A stretch of 64,000 nt of DNA from Azolla caroliniana (taxonomy: Eukaryota; Plantae; Polypodiophyta). The notes beneath the pieces are model-generated. The model saw only the letters and a program-made list of their open reading frames with translations, searched no databases and was not told the DNA's origin. Positions 60,700 through 64,000 of this stretch are shown piece after piece (within the stretch, counting starts at the first letter, position 1; every line of letters begins with the position of its first letter). Both the position numbers and the translations under genes were made by a program. The stretch lies in NCBI GenBank assembly GCA_043228905.1, contig JBHGNT010000021.1:4092001-4156000 (forward strand). The letters are read 5' to 3'.

Positions 60700-62120
60700 C
60701 ACAACTGAGTCTTATTATGAGGGGCCATTAATTGTCCCGTATACTTCAAAACTAAGATAGTGATTTGAATTGACTTTTTACAGGGTTGTAGTGAAACCTG
60801 CTAAATTAATAATAAGATATTTCCATGGTCGTAACTTGTGTATATAGTGTATATAGACAAGTATAAAGTGTTAAAACCCATCAATGATTGCCTCTAAAAA
60901 GTATTGATGAAAGGCATAATTTATTATAATTCTTCTTATAGCAATGATTATTATAGTGGAACAAATCTCTAGAATTGTATTAAGCACAACATTTCAAAGA
61001 TAATGTGTATTCAAGAATCCGCTCTAGAGGTTACAATGTAAAACTAATATTGTTCTTTAACCATACACATATTTCGACAATAGAGTGCCTTTATAGCAAT
61101 TTAGCCTTGAGTTTTTCAACCAACTATATAGCAACATAATTCCTTTGTTCAATCATTGAGGAGTTGAAGAATTTCTCTTGCGGAAGATACATACATAATC
61201 TTTGGTGCCAATCACTACAATACACATAATGGATGATTAGGGAGAATGCGTAGATGCATATGGAATACTAGGCTATAAGTGAGCATGGATGTGTAAAGGA
61301 TTTTCCATGAAAATGGTGTGATTAGGAGAATCCATGGTTCCACATGGAATGTAAATATATGGATGTTCATGGATGGGCCATTGGAAGAAAAATGTAAACA
61401 TTAAGATTGCTTGTCCTTTGTTTTCCAAAAATAGGTTAATGATGTGGATGGCTTTAAGATGTTGTAACCAAACCCACTAAATTAAAGATTTTTTTTGGAT
61501 GGATGCACTTAAAGAGAATATGAAGCATTAAAACCCCTTAATTATATGGATTTTAATATATCCATGACAAAGATTATGTTCCAAACCACAATGAATAAGT
61601 CTTATTGTGTAGGGTCCTTATTTTGCAACACCATTACACAGCACTTTATTCGAAACTAGTATGATGATCTGGAATCTGGATGACATTTTAAGGGGTTACA
61701 GTGAAACCCGTGAAATTAATAGAAAATTATTAAGATGCCGCATATACATACAATATGAAGTGTTAAAACCCCTTATTGAATGGCTCTAAATGAACTGAAT
61801 ACTTTATTATTAGTAGTATTCTTATAACAAATTTTTTTACATTGGAGCATTTTTCTAAATTTGTGTATGTGATTAAATTCACATATTCAAGAGATGATAT
61901 GTATTAAGCTCTAGATGTCATGGTATGAAAACAACATAGTTTTCTTATCATATATTTCAACAATAGACTGCCTTTTGAGCCATTTAGCCATTGGTTTTTT
62001 CAACCATCCGTAAAAACAACCAAGGTTATTCATACAACCATTGCTCCATTTTTGAGGAATTGAAGAAACTTCTCTCTAGGGAACAAACATGCATCATTCT
62101 TTGGTGCAAATCACTACAAT
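60700..62120. repeat. Degenerate direct duplication (~60700-61220 vs ~61600-62120), each copy containing a possible pogo-like MITE
   Basis: Shared blocks agtgaaacc...aaattaata, aagtgttaaaaccc, atttc.acaataga and tttggtgc.aatcactacaat about 900 bp apart. Confidence 0.55.
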
Positions 62121-64000
62121 GGACTAGAAAAAGTAGAGGTAAGAATTTCGTTACACTCAAAATTTATTCAAGTTGTTGTGGATGTGTCAAAAATGTCACA
62201 ATTGAATGGTACGATTAGGATTGTGCATGGAATGGAAGGCTATATAGAGATTCATGGGTATGTCATGGAAGTGTTTGGGAATTCGCATAGTTGAACATGG
62301 GATGGAAGGTTACAGGTGTTCATGGGTATGTCATGGAAGTGTTGGGAGAATGCAATGTTGCACATGGAATAGAAGGTTATAGACATTGATGGGAATGGTA
62401 TGGAATGGTGGGAGAAAGCATGACACATGGAATGTGCGGGTAGACACATTTGTGGGTATGTCAAGTATACCATGCTTAACATCATTCTTAGGAATATTTG
62501 TGGATACACATGGAATGCTAAGGTATAAGCGATCATGGTTATGTCATGGATGTGGAACGGATCTCCTATGAAAATTGTGTGATTAGGAGAGATCATGGTT
62601 CCACACGGAATGCAGATGTCCATAGTAAGAAAAATGTAAAATTTAAAAAGCTCATTTATTATAGTCAGGACGTTACGTGTCATACAGACAAAACTTTCAA
62701 AGTTGGTGGAAGAAAAGGAGAGATATTTTTTAAATGGCGTATAATGTCAATGGAATTGACCATTCTTTGACAGTTATATTTCATAACTATATTTAATATA
62801 ATCATTACAACTGGAGGGTTGGGTGAAGGCATCAACTTTTTTATTGTGATTTAGATTGCCAATATTTACTTTTTGTTTGTCATGTATTTCATTGATTAGA
62901 TATTTGAACATTTGGAGAAATGTTGTTTTGCCTACCAATTATTTGGAACTACATAAGTAAGTAGCCTAATCCCTAGTTACTTTCAAGGCAATGGTGAGAG
63001 ATAATGAAATCTCGATATGGAGTTTTACCCACATGCAACTACAAGGAGGGATATCTTGCAAAGATAACTTTGAATCTTTGATGAATGACATTATTTTATC
63101 TTCTGGATTATTTCTTGATTTGAGAAGACATCATTTCAGAGATCAATGACATAATTATGGATAAGGAGAACTTATAAATGTGACACGTCTTACAATTGAA
63201 ATACAAATATCTAGAGTCAATTTCCAAACTCAAGAGGCTGAGACCAATTCAAACATAATAATGCAATTGCTCAATGTGTTGCACATGTAATGAATTGCAT
63301 GTAACAATCACATCAACCTCAAAGGACACAATAGATTATTTAGTTTATGATTTATTAAACTAATTAGAAGATGTGGTTAGACTCCAATAAGGTAATGTTT
63401 TTATTTTATAATGATTATGATTATGACTCCAATGTAAGCACGTGACAATTACGATGGCGTATGATTACCAAAATTACATGCTGATATGAACATGATTATT
63501 ATTTAAAGACTTGAAATTTTAAGTCAAGCAGAATGTGTAACAAAATAGGCATCTCATTGTGTTATGGGCTAGTTGAAAATGAGGATAACACAAGCGATGT
63601 GTTAACAACTACTAATGATAAAGATATAGATCGTGGCGTTCAGAACATGAGTTGTATGAACATAGAAGAAAAATGGAAAAGGATTCCATGACTTTTACAA
63701 TTAAGGCTTTTTTTGTATTTAAAAAGAAAATTGCACATTGGGTATTTTGGTAATTAGTGACAAAAGTAGGGATATTTTCTTGTAATTGAAAAGAACAACC
63801 TGCCTAGTTCCAACAACCTAGTGATCTACAATATTTAGAGGGGCAATTTGCTAATTTGTTGCGAAGCTAGCAAGAGGGCATGGAAAAGAAGAGAAAGAAA
63901 GTATATATCGTAAAAGTGAATGGAAAAGTAAAGTTAAGGGAAAAAAAAGAAAGGCCCACACAAGATAGATAATAGTAGCTAAAATGTAAAAGGAATAATA

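Noticed and set aside
62200-64000. ATGG-rich tract and AT-rich tail as a gene or element
   Set aside because: Low-complexity sequence with no credible ORF or boundaries.

Overview
Eukaryotic, almost certainly plant, heterochromatin-like DNA; a non-seed lineage is suggested only by the TE types present. No host protein-coding gene is recognisable. One ~5.4 kb L1-like LINE, bounded by a 19-bp TSD at 5035-5053 and 54940-54958, has been stretched to ~50 kb by up to five layers of nested insertions. These comprise one intact and very young Ty1/copia element, three decayed copia elements, two chromovirus-type Ty3/gypsy remnants, a family of non-chromoviral gypsy elements with TGTCG...CGACA ends (decayed autonomous copies, gag-only non-autonomous copies and many solo LTRs), and a small organelle-like tRNA fragment. 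Three patterns stand out. (1) Every insertion of the TGTCG...CGACA family has a 4-bp target site that is CpG-centred (RCGN) or a deamination product of one. (2) Two of these insertions sit at the same position, ACGG|GTTC, in the T-arm of tRNA or tRNA-like sequence. (3) LTRs of two different gypsy lineages carry a built-in, mostly antisense tRNA-like A-box/B-box cassette in U3. All coordinates were read by eye.
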